From a bacterium (GTDB lineage Bacteria; Zhuqueibacterota; Zhuqueibacteria; Zhuqueibacterales; Zhuqueibacteraceae): a DNA stretch of 64,000 bases. Under the pieces are notes generated by a model. The model was not told where the DNA came from and searched no databases. It was given only the letters and a program-made list of their open reading frames with translations. The DNA is taken from positions 1 to 64,000 of the forward strand of contig JBIOXB010000195.1 in NCBI GenBank assembly GCA_044869275.1, read 5' to 3'. How positions within the stretch are numbered: the first letter of the stretch is position 1; the number at the start of each line of letters is the position of its first letter. Below, piece by piece: positions 9,531 through 19,570 of this stretch. Position numbers and translations under genes: made by a program.

Positions 9531-10838
9531 ATGGAATTCAAACCAGATTCTGTCGCGAGTGCCCCGCTGATGAGCGAGGACACACGCGTGCGCGCGATGG
9601 TGGACGCCATCTATCGCAGGGATTCGCGACGCGTGCTTGCCACTCTCATCCGCCTGCTGGGCGACTTCGACCTCGCCGAAGACGCGCTGCACGACGCCTT
9701 CAGGGCGGCGCTCGAGCAATGGCCGCGAGATGGGGTTCCCGCCAATCCACGCGCATGGCTCGTTTCGGCCGGACGCTTCAAGGCCATCGACAGCATGCGC
9801 CGGCGCGCCCGCTTCGACGACTCGTTGGCGGAAATCGCCGAGCGCCTCGGCTCCGGCACCAGCGAACCTGTGGAGTGGGACGACGAGGAGGTCGCGGACG
9901 ACCAACTACGGCTGATTTTCACCTGCTGCCATCCGGCGCTGTCAGCCGACGCCCGGATGGCCCTGACGCTGCGCGAGGTCTGCGGGCTCACCACCGAGGA
10001 AATCGCACGCGCTTTCCTTACTTCTCCGCCCACGGTGGCCCAACGCATCGTACGCGCCAAGGCGAAGATCCGCGACGCGCGCATTCCTTATCAGGCGCCG
10101 TCCCGCGAATCGCGGGATCTGCCCGAGCGGTTGGAAACTGTGCTGCACGTGATCTACTTAGTGTTCAACGAGGGGTATTCCGCCTCTTCGGGTGTGTCAC
10201 TAATGCGGCCCGATCTCTCAGGCGAAGCGATACGCTTGGGGCGGCTGCTCGTCGAGTTACTGCCGGAGCCTGAGGTGATCGGACTGCTCGCGCTGATGTT
10301 GCTGCACGAATCGCGGCGGCCTGCGCGCGCCTCACCGGCGGGCGACCTGATTCTGTTGGAAGATCAGGACCGTTCGCTCTGGAACCGGGAACAGATCGCG
10401 GAGGGATTGGCGCTGATAGAACCGGCGCTGGCGTCGGGCCGGTTCGGTCCGTACACCCTGCAAGCCGCGATCTCCGCCGTGCACGCCGAGGCCCCCGCCG
10501 CCAGCGCAACGAACTGGGCGCAAATCGTCCGATGGTACGACGTGCTGGTGCAGGCGGAGCCGTCGCCCGTGATTGAACTGAACCGCGCTGCAGCAGTGTC
10601 AATGCGCGACGGCCCCTTGGCGGGTCTGGAGCTTATCGATGCGATCCTGGCGGGAGGCAATTTGACTGACTATCATCTGGCGCACTCGGCGCGAGCTGAA
10701 CTTTGCCGGCGGCTGGGGCGAACGGCAGAAGCTCGAGCCTCCTTCGAGCGCGCCCTCAGCCTCACGCAGCAGGAACCGGAGCGGCGGTTTCTGCAACGGC
10801 GGCTGAGCCAATTGGTGGACCGACAGGAGGGCAAATAA
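9531..10838 (+). CDS. ECF sigma-70 factor with C-terminal TPR extension (ECF42-like)
   Basis: DFDLAEDALHDAF, LRLIFTCCHPAL, YLVFNEGY; start uncertain (9495, 9531 or 9570). Confidence 0.9.
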   Translation: MEFKPDSVASAPLMSEDTRVRAMVDAIYRRDSRRVLATLIRLLGDFDLAEDALHDAFRAALEQWPRDGVPANPRAWLVSAGRFKAIDSMRRRARFDDSLAEIAERLGSGTSEPVEWDDEEVADDQLRLIFTCCHPALSADARMALTLREVCGLTTEEIARAFLTSPPTVAQRIVRAKAKIRDARIPYQAPSRESRDLPERLETVLHVIYLVFNEGYSASSGVSLMRPDLSGEAIRLGRLLVELLPEPEVIGLLALMLLHESRRPARASPAGDLILLEDQDRSLWNREQIAEGLALIEPALASGRFGPYTLQAAISAVHAEAPAASATNWAQIVRWYDVLVQAEPSPVIELNRAAAVSMRDGPLAGLELIDAILAGGNLTDYHLAHSARAELCRRLGRTAEARASFERALSLTQQEPERRFLQRRLSQLVDRQEGK

Positions 10839-10863
10839 AAAGGGTGTCTCTGGGGGACACCCT
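10837..10863 (-). terminator. Intrinsic terminator between convergent genes
   Basis: AGGGTGTC/GACACCCT stem preceded by an A-run (U-tract on the minus strand). Confidence 0.6.
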
Positions 10864-10899
10864 AAGGATTGAGAATCAAAACACTTTCCCATTTCTCAC

Positions 10900-10965
10900 A
10901 CCGCGAATCAACGCTAATAAACGCGAACGGGAACACATTAGCGCCCATTCGCGTTCATTCGCGGT
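10900..10965. repeat. Inverted 10-mer tandem repeat hairpin
   Basis: CCGCGAATCAACGCTAATAAACGCGAA ... ATTAGCGCCCATTCGCGTTCATTCGCGG. Confidence 0.75.
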
Positions 10966-10974
10966 TTTAAGAAA

Positions 10975-12663
10975 TCAAAATTGCCTTCTAATTGTCGTTT
11001 CCTGGCCTTCATTGCCTCGTTTCTTTAACGGCGGATGGCCTTCAGTTCCTTCCCCCGCGGTTGCCAATCTCTCGGCTTGCGGCAGCATGCGCAAAACCTC
11101 CGAGAACTGCGGATCATTGCTGATCTCGATGCGCGCCGCTTTATCACGATCCCACAAATACAGAGCGATTTCCTTTTTCAAATAGAGCGTTATGCTGGGC
11201 AAATCGCTCTCCCAGGCTTGTTGCTCGATTTTCAATTTCTTGCCCAGAGCCATGCCCTCGGCAAAGCGTCGAAATTCTGCCAGCACTCTTTCACTGGGCG
11301 TCCACGCAGCGTTGTAAGCGGCAAAATCGGAACCGAGATGTTTGTTGCGCGCGGCGTAGTCCTTGGCAAACTCGAAGAAGACGCGATTCATCACCAGTTC
11401 ATAAAAGATCCGCGTATAACGCTGCCATTTGAGATTCACGTCCGGGCTAATGCCGCCACCGCCATAAACCAGCCGGCCGGAACTGGTTTTATAGACCGGC
11501 CGGTTCTTCAATGAATCGGGCTCGGCATTGGGATCGACATCATCGTAGGCTTCTTCGAGATAATCGTCCGTGTGGCCGCTTTCATAAGGCCGCTGAATCA
11601 AGCGGCCGCTGGGCGTGTAATATTTCGAAGTGGTCACGCGAATCGCAGAACCGTCTTTCAGGCCGATTTGGTTTTGCACCAGGCCTTTGCCGAAGCTGGT
11701 CTCGCCCACGACCAAGGCGCGGTCCCAATCCTGGCAGGCGCCCGCGACGATTTCTGAAGCGCTGGCCGAGCCGTGATCGAGCAAAATGATCAGGGGTATT
11801 TGCGGATGGTGATCGTCATCTGTCGCATAGAAATCGTCACTGGCTTGCGGAAAACGGCCGCGCGTGTAAACGATCTTGCGGCCGCGCTCCAAAAACTTGT
11901 CGGCCACGCTTACGGCTTCGTCCAAAAACCCGCCGGGGTTGCTGCGCAGATCCAGAATTAAATTTTTCATGCCCTGCGCTTCCAGCTTCGTCAGCGACTG
12001 CTCCAGCTCTTCGGAGGTGGTTTTTGAAAAGCGCTTGATGCGAATATAGCCGGTTTGTTGATCGAGCAAAAAAGCGGGCTCGACGCTATAGATGGAGATT
12101 TTGTCGCGCGTAATCGTGACGTCGAAGGGATCTTCCAGAGAGGGGCGCTTGATCGTGATTTGGACTTTGGTGCCCTGCGCGCCGCGCAGGCGTTCGATGA
12201 TCTCGTTTTCCTGCAGGCCGTAAGTCGTCTTCCCCTCGATTTTGATGATTTGATCCCCGGAACGTAGTCCCAAACGATCGGAAGGCGAGTCGGCAATCGG
12301 CGCGACAATGGCCGGCCATTTATTGCTCATCACGAACTCGATGCCGATGCCGAAGAAATGGCCTTCAAAACGCTCGGTCACGTCCGCCAATTGGTCTTTG
12401 GGAATCAACACCGAATGTGGATCCAGCGTTTCCAGCATCCCGCTGATGGCGCCATCGATCAGTTTGTGATTATCGACTTCGTCCACGTAATAACGCGACA
12501 CGGCGTTGAGCACCTCGTTGAAGCGCACCATCTCCTGGTACAGGTTGCCGCTTTCCGCCCGGTTGGAAAGATGGAGCAAGGAAGGATTCATCATCGCGAC
12601 TGCTGACATGGCGACCATGGCCACCGCCGCCCCTAAAATGAAGTTGTATCTTCCGGACTTCAT
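10975..12663 (-). CDS. ctpA: C-terminal processing peptidase S41 with PDZ domain
   Basis: GIGI PDZ, DLRSNPGG, SASASEI, SFGKGLVQ. Confidence 0.93.
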   Translation of the reverse strand: MKSGRYNFILGAAVAMVAMSAVAMMNPSLLHLSNRAESGNLYQEMVRFNEVLNAVSRYYVDEVDNHKLIDGAISGMLETLDPHSVLIPKDQLADVTERFEGHFFGIGIEFVMSNKWPAIVAPIADSPSDRLGLRSGDQIIKIEGKTTYGLQENEIIERLRGAQGTKVQITIKRPSLEDPFDVTITRDKISIYSVEPAFLLDQQTGYIRIKRFSKTTSEELEQSLTKLEAQGMKNLILDLRSNPGGFLDEAVSVADKFLERGRKIVYTRGRFPQASDDFYATDDDHHPQIPLIILLDHGSASASEIVAGACQDWDRALVVGETSFGKGLVQNQIGLKDGSAIRVTTSKYYTPSGRLIQRPYESGHTDDYLEEAYDDVDPNAEPDSLKNRPVYKTSSGRLVYGGGGISPDVNLKWQRYTRIFYELVMNRVFFEFAKDYAARNKHLGSDFAAYNAAWTPSERVLAEFRRFAEGMALGKKLKIEQQAWESDLPSITLYLKKEIALYLWDRDKAARIEISNDPQFSEVLRMLPQAERLATAGEGTEGHPPLKKRGNEGQETTIRRQF

Positions 12664-12854
12664 CGTGCACCTCGAAACTAAATTGAAGGGATTTTTCGAC
12701 GCCGTTTTTGTACGAAAATCGCAGCCACTTGTTTACAGAAAGTCACAAAAATTCTCGATCTGCGCCTCGTGTCTAATACTAGCAGCATCTTCCTGCAACG
12801 CAGAACCCGGAACCCGGAAAATCGGCGGATGGCTGCAGTTGTCCCGTTCCAGTT

Positions 12855-13766
12855 TCATAAACGAATTCCCAGCGAAAAACGGTGCGCCTGTCCCAAATCT
12901 TCTCCGAAGCCGGCGTAGCCGTAATCCAGGGTGTAACGGCTGAGATGCGTGCCAAAACCGGCAGAAAAACCGCGTTCTTCGCGATTGAATTGAAAACCGC
13001 CGCGCAGCGCAACTTCCGGCAGGGGTGAAACTTCGACCCCCGCGCTGGTGTAATTCCCGCCTTCCAAGTACGTCAAATTGTCCAACGCCAGTGTGACGAT
13101 GGTGTGGCCGGCGCTGTTCTGATACCCGAAGGCGCCGCCAATTCTAAGCAGGGCTGGCAATGTGATTTTCTCATCCACCAGCGCGGACATGCTTCCCAAA
13201 TTCTGCAAACTCGCTCCCAAACGCAGACTGGGGATCGGCGTTTGCCAGTTTGCCCCGACATCTACGGCAAAGCCGGAAGCGGATTGCAGATAGATCTTTT
13301 CATAAAGATATTTGACGCTCAAACCCACCGAGAGCTGCGCATTCAAAGGCCGCGCGTAGGCCAGAGCTGCGGACAGATCGCGTGCCTCCAAAGTGGAAAT
13401 CGGTTCTGCCGAGGGCTTGTCGCGCAACTCGATGTCCGGAATACTTTGCATGGTGAAAGCCAAACCCAGCTTGCCGCCGAATCCTGGAAATGATATCGCC
13501 ACGAAATCATGCGTGATGCTCTCCAGCCAATTGAGGTGAGTGAATGCAAGCTGTGTGCCGGGCGCGGCATTCAAGCCGGCAGGGTTCCAATATATAGCCG
13601 TTGGGTCATTTGCGAGCGCGGTGTAAGTTTCTCCTAACGCTGCGGCCCGGCCGCCGATGCCAATTTTCAGAAAAGCCAGTCCGCTTTTGCCAGCATCCTG
13701 CGCATTTGCGGTGGCGCACATCCAGTAGGCGAAGCCAAGTATATTCAAGAGAGTCTTTTTGTGCAT
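12855..13766 (-). CDS. PorV/PorQ-family outer membrane beta-barrel
   Basis: Signal peptide; FLKIGIGGRAAALGETYTALANDPTAIYWNPAGL; terminal beta-strand. Confidence 0.85.
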   Translation of the reverse strand: MHKKTLLNILGFAYWMCATANAQDAGKSGLAFLKIGIGGRAAALGETYTALANDPTAIYWNPAGLNAAPGTQLAFTHLNWLESITHDFVAISFPGFGGKLGLAFTMQSIPDIELRDKPSAEPISTLEARDLSAALAYARPLNAQLSVGLSVKYLYEKIYLQSASGFAVDVGANWQTPIPSLRLGASLQNLGSMSALVDEKITLPALLRIGGAFGYQNSAGHTIVTLALDNLTYLEGGNYTSAGVEVSPLPEVALRGGFQFNREERGFSAGFGTHLSRYTLDYGYAGFGEDLGQAHRFSLGIRL

Positions 13767-13897
13767 TGTCTATCCGTGGAAACAGGTTTCAAACGATTCT
13801 TGATGCAGAGCGCTGAGCGAGACGGTTGCGAGTAACGATTTACGACTTACAAATTCCGAACCACAACTTCCTCCCCCCTATCTGTTGGTCCAACCGA

Positions 13898-15343
13898 TCA
13901 ATTCAACACCATCACCTTCCCCCAATGCATGCCGTCGCCTTCTAATTCGACACGATAAAAATAAACGCCATTGGCGACCGGGTCACCACGGTAGTTTTTG
14001 CCGTTCCAAGTCTCGGAATAGTTGCCGGGCGCGCTGCGCGGTTTGTTGCTGACGATCTCGGCCACCAAATCCATGGCGAAATCAAAAACTTTGATTGTCA
14101 CCTGGGTTGTTTTTGTGGTCTGATACTGAAATCGCACATAGCCCTCGCCATTAGATTGGTTGTGACGGAAGGGCGAAAAGGGATTGGGATACGCATAGGT
14201 GCGCGGCTGTCCGTTTTCGCCGGCAGGAACCGAGCCGCGCTGAATTTGCCACGTTGCACCTGCATTATTCGTGACCGCCAAGCCGTCCGGCCCGCCGGCG
14301 ATCAGGGATTGTCCCAGGACACCTGCGGCAAAAAACTCTTCGCTCAGATAAGTCTCGCCGCTGGTGTTGTCTTTTACTGCGGGAAATTTCGCCCAGGTGA
14401 GGCCGAAGTCAATGGACTTGTACAAGCCTTGGTCGCTCGCGACATAAGCCATCGAATCATCGAAAGCGAAATTGTGCGCAAAATCGCCCGCGAGTGTGGT
14501 GCGCCAGGAATAGCCGCCGTCTGCGCTCACCGACACCGCCCGGAATTCTTCCGGGTCTTCCGCATTGACCGTCGCGGCCCAAATATATTCCTGCCCGCGC
14601 CATTTTTGTTGTCCGAGTGCCACCACGAAATTCCCGGAAATCGGTTGGGGCTGGCCTTGATGCGAAAAGTTCGTCCAGGTCACGCCGCCGTCAATGGAGC
14701 GATTCACCCCCCCGGCGGTGCCGATAAACAACACGCCGTCCGCATTGATCACGGAAAACGCGCGATGATTCAAATTGTTGGCGACATCGAGAAAAAAAGA
14801 GTCCGGCGGCACGGAAACCCAGGTCCTGCCGCGATCGGCGGATTTCGAAACGCTGCCGCCGAAACTGGTGATCCACACGCCGGTGGAATGCAGCGCGATG
14901 TCAAAAGTAACATTTTGAATGACGGTATTGAAAGGCTTGGGCTGCGGCACGTATCTCCAGGTCGCGCCACGATCCAGGGAATACGACAGTCCGCCTCCCG
15001 CCGGCAATAGACCTTCCGGCACCAATGAGTCGAATGCCGTCGCCACCCAGATGATGCTGTCGGTCACGGCGAACGCTGAAACACCACCGCGCGGCAGGCC
15101 ATTTTGGCTGGTGTAGGTCACCCACGTTGCGCCGCCGTCATTCGAGCGCGAGAGACCGCTTCCCGTGCCCAGCCAGATTTCGCCGTTGTGCACGGCGACG
15201 TCGCTGACCGAATTGGAACGCAAGCCGGACAACGGTTCAACGGCATTGGTGCGCTCGCTTGCAAACTGCCAGCCATATTTGGCCGGAGTTTGTGCGTGTG
15301 CGAGGGCGCAGAGAAGAATAAGGCAGTAAATGGATGATTTCAT
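13898..15343 (-). CDS. Secreted BNR/Asp-box beta-propeller with FlgD-Ig/T9SS-like CTD
   Basis: SxDGGxTW repeats; YAYPNPFSP...WNGKN...VANGVYFY. Confidence 0.85.
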   Translation of the reverse strand: MKSSIYCLILLCALAHAQTPAKYGWQFASERTNAVEPLSGLRSNSVSDVAVHNGEIWLGTGSGLSRSNDGGATWVTYTSQNGLPRGGVSAFAVTDSIIWVATAFDSLVPEGLLPAGGGLSYSLDRGATWRYVPQPKPFNTVIQNVTFDIALHSTGVWITSFGGSVSKSADRGRTWVSVPPDSFFLDVANNLNHRAFSVINADGVLFIGTAGGVNRSIDGGVTWTNFSHQGQPQPISGNFVVALGQQKWRGQEYIWAATVNAEDPEEFRAVSVSADGGYSWRTTLAGDFAHNFAFDDSMAYVASDQGLYKSIDFGLTWAKFPAVKDNTSGETYLSEEFFAAGVLGQSLIAGGPDGLAVTNNAGATWQIQRGSVPAGENGQPRTYAYPNPFSPFRHNQSNGEGYVRFQYQTTKTTQVTIKVFDFAMDLVAEIVSNKPRSAPGNYSETWNGKNYRGDPVANGVYFYRVELEGDGMHWGKVMVLN

Positions 15344-15359
15344 TTCAGGTGGATGCTTT

Positions 15360-15435
15360 CAATTATCAATTATCAATTCACAATTATCAATTGGCAATTG
15401 TCAATTGACAATTGATAATTGTCAATTGTGAATTG
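15360..15435. repeat. Inverted heptamer tandem repeat (CAATTNN)
   Basis: About 11 units, e.g. CAATTAT, CAATTCA, CAATTGT; near-palindromic overall. Confidence 0.9.
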
Positions 15436-15460
15436 TTTGTTGGCAATGGCAAATCCAGAA

Positions 15461-16621
15461 TCATGGCGTCACAGACAACGTGTGCACAATCTTGTCGCTC
15501 AAACTGCCCGATAGATCCTCGGCTTGGAATTCAAAACGGTATGTTCCCGTGGCGTTCTGCGGCGTGATTTGAATGGTCAAGGAATATCGGCCGTCGCCGG
15601 CCACCGCATCACCGCCTTGGCCGTCGTCGCGCATGGCAAAAGGATTGCCGGTTGCCGGGTTGCCGCTGGGCAGAAATGAATTGAAAAAAGCGCGTTTGAT
15701 GGCGTCGCCGCAACCCGCGTCGGGATCTTCCGCCAAAACGGAGAGCACGTAAGTATTCGGCACGGCGCTGCGCGAAATGCTCGAGGGCGCGTTCAAACTG
15801 GAAACGTGTGGCGGCAGGTTCTGCGCCGACCCGAGATGGCCAACGGCGCGCAGCGTTTGCAGATAGGCTGGTCCCACCCCGTTGGTGTTGTCAACGGCAC
15901 GGAACGCCAGCTCGTAAAGGCCGCATTGATTGCCGATCTGATTTCCTGGCACACCGCCGGAGAAAATGCCGTCACCGGCCTGGCTGTCCGCCTGGAGGCC
16001 ATCGTCGCGAAGCGTATCGACGCGCGCCGGTCTGGCAAAGGCCGGGGGATAGACTTCCATCAGCACCAATCGAACCGTATGGACGCCGTCAGGATCATTC
16101 GCTCTCGCGGCAAACGCGAAGACATAATCCGTGTCAATCACCACACTTTGCGGCACAATGACCGAGAGAATATCCGGCAGCCGGTTTTCCACGCCTGCCA
16201 ACACCAGCACGGTATCGCGCGCGGCAGCGCTCGAGTTTTGGCTCTGGTCGCGCGCCACGACCTCAAATACCATCTCGCCCGTTTGGTTGCGCGTCAACGC
16301 CGTATCAATGAGCGCGAAAAACTGGCCATCGCCCGCGAGAATATCGCCGCCCTCGCCGTCGTCCGCCATTTCGCGCGTGTTGATGGCGCTGCCATTCAGT
16401 CTTTTGACCGTGAGTGAAATTCCGGCCAAATCAGAAACGCCCTGCGCATCACTCGCCCGCACATGAATGCCCGCCGGTTGCGCCGGGAATTGATAAACCG
16501 TTTGTGGTGCTTGCAGCAATACAATTTGCGGCGTTTCTTCGATTACTGGCGCGGAAATTTCTTCCGTGCAAGCGGAAAAGAGGAGAATCGCTAAAGGAAC
16601 GATTGCGCTAAATCTTCTCAC
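15461..16621 (-). CDS. Lipoprotein with three choice-of-anchor X-like repeats
   Basis: GTG start with GAGGA RBS; lipobox FSAC; three (M/L)xDDGxxxDxxAGDGx(F/Y) motifs. Confidence 0.8.
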   Translation of the reverse strand: MRRFSAIVPLAILLFSACTEEISAPVIEETPQIVLLQAPQTVYQFPAQPAGIHVRASDAQGVSDLAGISLTVKRLNGSAINTREMADDGEGGDILAGDGQFFALIDTALTRNQTGEMVFEVVARDQSQNSSAAARDTVLVLAGVENRLPDILSVIVPQSVVIDTDYVFAFAARANDPDGVHTVRLVLMEVYPPAFARPARVDTLRDDGLQADSQAGDGIFSGGVPGNQIGNQCGLYELAFRAVDNTNGVGPAYLQTLRAVGHLGSAQNLPPHVSSLNAPSSISRSAVPNTYVLSVLAEDPDAGCGDAIKRAFFNSFLPSGNPATGNPFAMRDDGQGGDAVAGDGRYSLTIQITPQNATGTYRFEFQAEDLSGSLSDKIVHTLSVTP

Positions 16622-16781
16622 TTTTGAACATCCTCTATTGCGTGATCTGGAAGGGTCGTGCACGATAGCACTAAAATTCGCGAAAATCCGCCTAATCCGT
16701 GGCATCCGTGGTCAAAAGAGCATAATAAATTGCTTTAAAAAATCGCTGCGACTCCGGGAGCCGGATCGCAAAATCTCCCGC

Positions 16782-17747
16782 TCAGAAAATGAACGCCCAG
16801 GCGAAGACGTGCTCGCTCTCGAGATTTTCGGAGAACGCCGCAAAAGCGTAATGCAATTCCGATTGTTTGCCGAACAAACCGAAGCGATAGCCGCCGCCGG
16901 CCGTGGGCTGGCCATCATTCAAGCCCGCACGCAGTTGCAAGCCTTGCTTGAGATTGGCCAAAGCGCCAAAATGCAGTCTGCCGTCGCGGAATTCGCCTTT
17001 TTCCAGGTCGGCAGAAATCGTGAGCCAATCGGTGAAACGCGACACCGCGATCCCCGCGCGCAAAGTCTTCGGAAACTTGTCGATTTGTTGCGTGCCGCGT
17101 TCGTAGACCTCCTCGGTTTTCCAGGTGTATTTCAAATTGAGATTGCTGGCGGCAAAGCCGAGCCGGACACCGTCAACCGCCTGGATGATCGCGCCGAGGT
17201 CGAAGCCGAATGAGGAAGTGGAAAGCGTGCCTTCGTCGCGCGTGACACCATTCAAACGATTGAGCACCACGCGACCGGTGACGCCGATGGCGATCCGCGG
17301 GTGCGGCGCCAGCCCGAAAGATAGATTGAAAGCATTTTCCGAATTGGAGAGCGTGCCGTATTCCTGGCCGTCGAAGTCGCGCGCGCTGATATTATCGATG
17401 CCGGCGTGAATCCAGGAAAGGCTCAAACCGCCGTTGATGGGCTTGGCGGTGGAATCCGCTTTCGGACGGATGGGCAGGCCGAAGCTGAGATAAGCGAAGG
17501 AGCGATCCAGCGGCATGGTGCGCAGCGAAGTCGTCAATTCGATGTTTTGAAACAGCGCCACGCTCGCCGGATTGAAAAATGCTGATTCATTGCCCTCGAC
17601 CATCGCCACATAAGCGCGGCCCATGGCTTCCGAGCGTGCGCCGACACCTTGGCGCAAAAATGCGCCGGCATAACCGCCTTGCGCCAGGGCGTTTTCAAAA
17701 AGCAAAAAGCAAAAGGCAAAAAGCAAGCAGAGCAAACGAGAGATCAT
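16782..17747 (-). CDS. PorV/PorQ-family outer membrane beta-barrel
   Basis: FLRQGVGARSEAMGRAYVA...FFNPA; C-terminal Phe. Confidence 0.82.
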   Translation of the reverse strand: MISRLLCLLFAFCFLLFENALAQGGYAGAFLRQGVGARSEAMGRAYVAMVEGNESAFFNPASVALFQNIELTTSLRTMPLDRSFAYLSFGLPIRPKADSTAKPINGGLSLSWIHAGIDNISARDFDGQEYGTLSNSENAFNLSFGLAPHPRIAIGVTGRVVLNRLNGVTRDEGTLSTSSFGFDLGAIIQAVDGVRLGFAASNLNLKYTWKTEEVYERGTQQIDKFPKTLRAGIAVSRFTDWLTISADLEKGEFRDGRLHFGALANLKQGLQLRAGLNDGQPTAGGGYRFGLFGKQSELHYAFAAFSENLESEHVFAWAFIF

Positions 17748-17769
17748 ATGTAATCTTCCGCAGTTCGGT

Positions 17770-17906
17770 AGATTCATAGATTCATGGATTGGTGGATTTC
17801 TGGATCATTGGATAAATGGAATTCCTCCGTCGATCAATCCATCAATCCACTAATCCATTAATCCAGCGATCCAGCGATACACCAATCCAGTGATCCATTC
17901 ATCCAT
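17770..17906. repeat. Inverted octamer tandem repeat
   Basis: TGGATNNN units followed by NNNATCCA units. Confidence 0.88.
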
Positions 17907-17907
17907 T

Positions 17908-19368
17908 TCATCTCACCACCATTAATTTGCGTACCGTCTGTTGCACTCCGGAGGCGAGCTTGAAAAAATAAACCCCGCTCGTTGCCGGCGCGCCGCGTTG
18001 GTCGAGGCCGTTCCAGCGCGCGGTGAACTTGCCGGGACGATAGACTTCATCGACCAGTGTCCGGACTTCCCTGCCCAATAGGTCATAAACTTTCAACGTC
18101 ACGCGTTCGGACGAGCGTTCGGACGGCAGCTCATACTGCATAATCGTTTCCACCTTCGAGGCGGCAAGCCGCAACGGATTCGGATAAGCCGGGCTCAGCT
18201 CGAAGCGCCGTGGCTGCTCCGCTGAGTGCGCCGGGGTAGTGACGCGAGTGGGTACTTCAAGGCGCAAAACATACAAACCAGTCTGCATGTCGGAAACCAC
18301 AAAATTGCCTGAGGCGAAATGAGGGAACACCCCCCAGTCGCCGGCAAAGCCAGAGCCCGGCTGCGGATAAGTGTCGTACGAACCCACTTCCACCGGCGCG
18401 CGCGGATTCGAGATATCCAAGACCTTGACGCCTTCGACATAGTGGGAAATGTAGGCATAGCTGCCTTGGACATGCACATTGTGCGCAATTTGAGCAGTAT
18501 TGCCGAGGTATTCCGCCACCAGTTCGATATTGTTGTCATTCGAGGGATCTTGGTCCCACAGCACGCGAATGTCCCAAAACTTGACGGTTCTGCCCGTGCT
18601 TTCGTCGGTGGTGATCAAATAACTTCCATCCTCCGTCGTGCCGGAATTGTGCGAGGCGCCGCCGGGATACTCAATCGAGGTGAGCAGTCTCGGCTTGGCG
18701 CGATCGGTGAGATCGAGGATATCGACGCGGCCGCCATCTTGGATGTTGCTATTGAACAACAGATGGTTTTTAACGAAAGAATCGTGCACGTAACGCTCGG
18801 CAAAAAACCCGACGGGAGCCGGCGCAGCAGGATTGGCGAGGCTCAAAATGCGAATGCCGCCGCGATGCGCGCCCGCGCCTTCGGTCGAAGTGCCGCCTTG
18901 AATGTAAAGATAACCTTCGCTGTCGATAGAAACGCTGTGTGCGCGCGCGGAGGCTGCGGTCACTCCCGGCCAGCGATAGGAAGTGTAGGAAACCTGTGGC
19001 AATTTGGAGAGATCGACGATTTGCACACCGGAGAATTCATTGGGCGTGGTGGCTTCGCTGACGACGTAAGCATAATGCGACCAGGTTTTGATCTCGCGCC
19101 AGGCCGTTGGCCCGGGGCCAGGGACGAATGCCGTTTCCACCGGCTGGCGTGGATTGCTGATATCTATAATCGACAAGCCGGTGCTTGCCCCCAGCAAGGC
19201 GTATTCTTTGCCCTGAGCGTTGGTATAACCCCAAATATTCGAATATCCTTGATAGCTGTGCAAATGCCCCAGTAGCGCGACGTTACTGTTTCCTCCGGAA
19301 CCGGTTTGCGCCGAACCTTGAACGCAAAAAAAAGACACGGCAAAAAACAATGCAGTGAAGAAACGCAT
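17908..19368 (-). CDS. Choice-of-anchor B / LVIVD-repeat secreted protein with FlgD/T9SS-like CTD
   Basis: WGY...EYAL, WREIKT, HD, HN motifs; YPNP...WNG...SGVYF; start MRFFT. Confidence 0.88.
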   Translation of the reverse strand: MRFFTALFFAVSFFCVQGSAQTGSGGNSNVALLGHLHSYQGYSNIWGYTNAQGKEYALLGASTGLSIIDISNPRQPVETAFVPGPGPTAWREIKTWSHYAYVVSEATTPNEFSGVQIVDLSKLPQVSYTSYRWPGVTAASARAHSVSIDSEGYLYIQGGTSTEGAGAHRGGIRILSLANPAAPAPVGFFAERYVHDSFVKNHLLFNSNIQDGGRVDILDLTDRAKPRLLTSIEYPGGASHNSGTTEDGSYLITTDESTGRTVKFWDIRVLWDQDPSNDNNIELVAEYLGNTAQIAHNVHVQGSYAYISHYVEGVKVLDISNPRAPVEVGSYDTYPQPGSGFAGDWGVFPHFASGNFVVSDMQTGLYVLRLEVPTRVTTPAHSAEQPRRFELSPAYPNPLRLAASKVETIMQYELPSERSSERVTLKVYDLLGREVRTLVDEVYRPGKFTARWNGLDQRGAPATSGVYFFKLASGVQQTVRKLMVVR

Positions 19369-19570
19369 ATATTCTCCAAATGCTGGGATACCGCTGAGAA
19401 TTTGCGATTTGATCTGGTTAGCAGCCGAGCCGATTGGCACAGATGTGCAACAGGAATTTTGCCCGCGATAGATCGATCGTCGTAACAAGTATTATGCTTC
19501 GGCTCCTGTAGCGGAAGGGAAAATGCTTGAGGTGTGGCAGATGGTGTTGCGCATTTTAGCCGTCCTTGCA

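Noticed and set aside
15360..17906. Repeat arrays as CRISPR
   Set aside because: Units are 7-9 bp with no unique spacers, and there are no cas genes in the window
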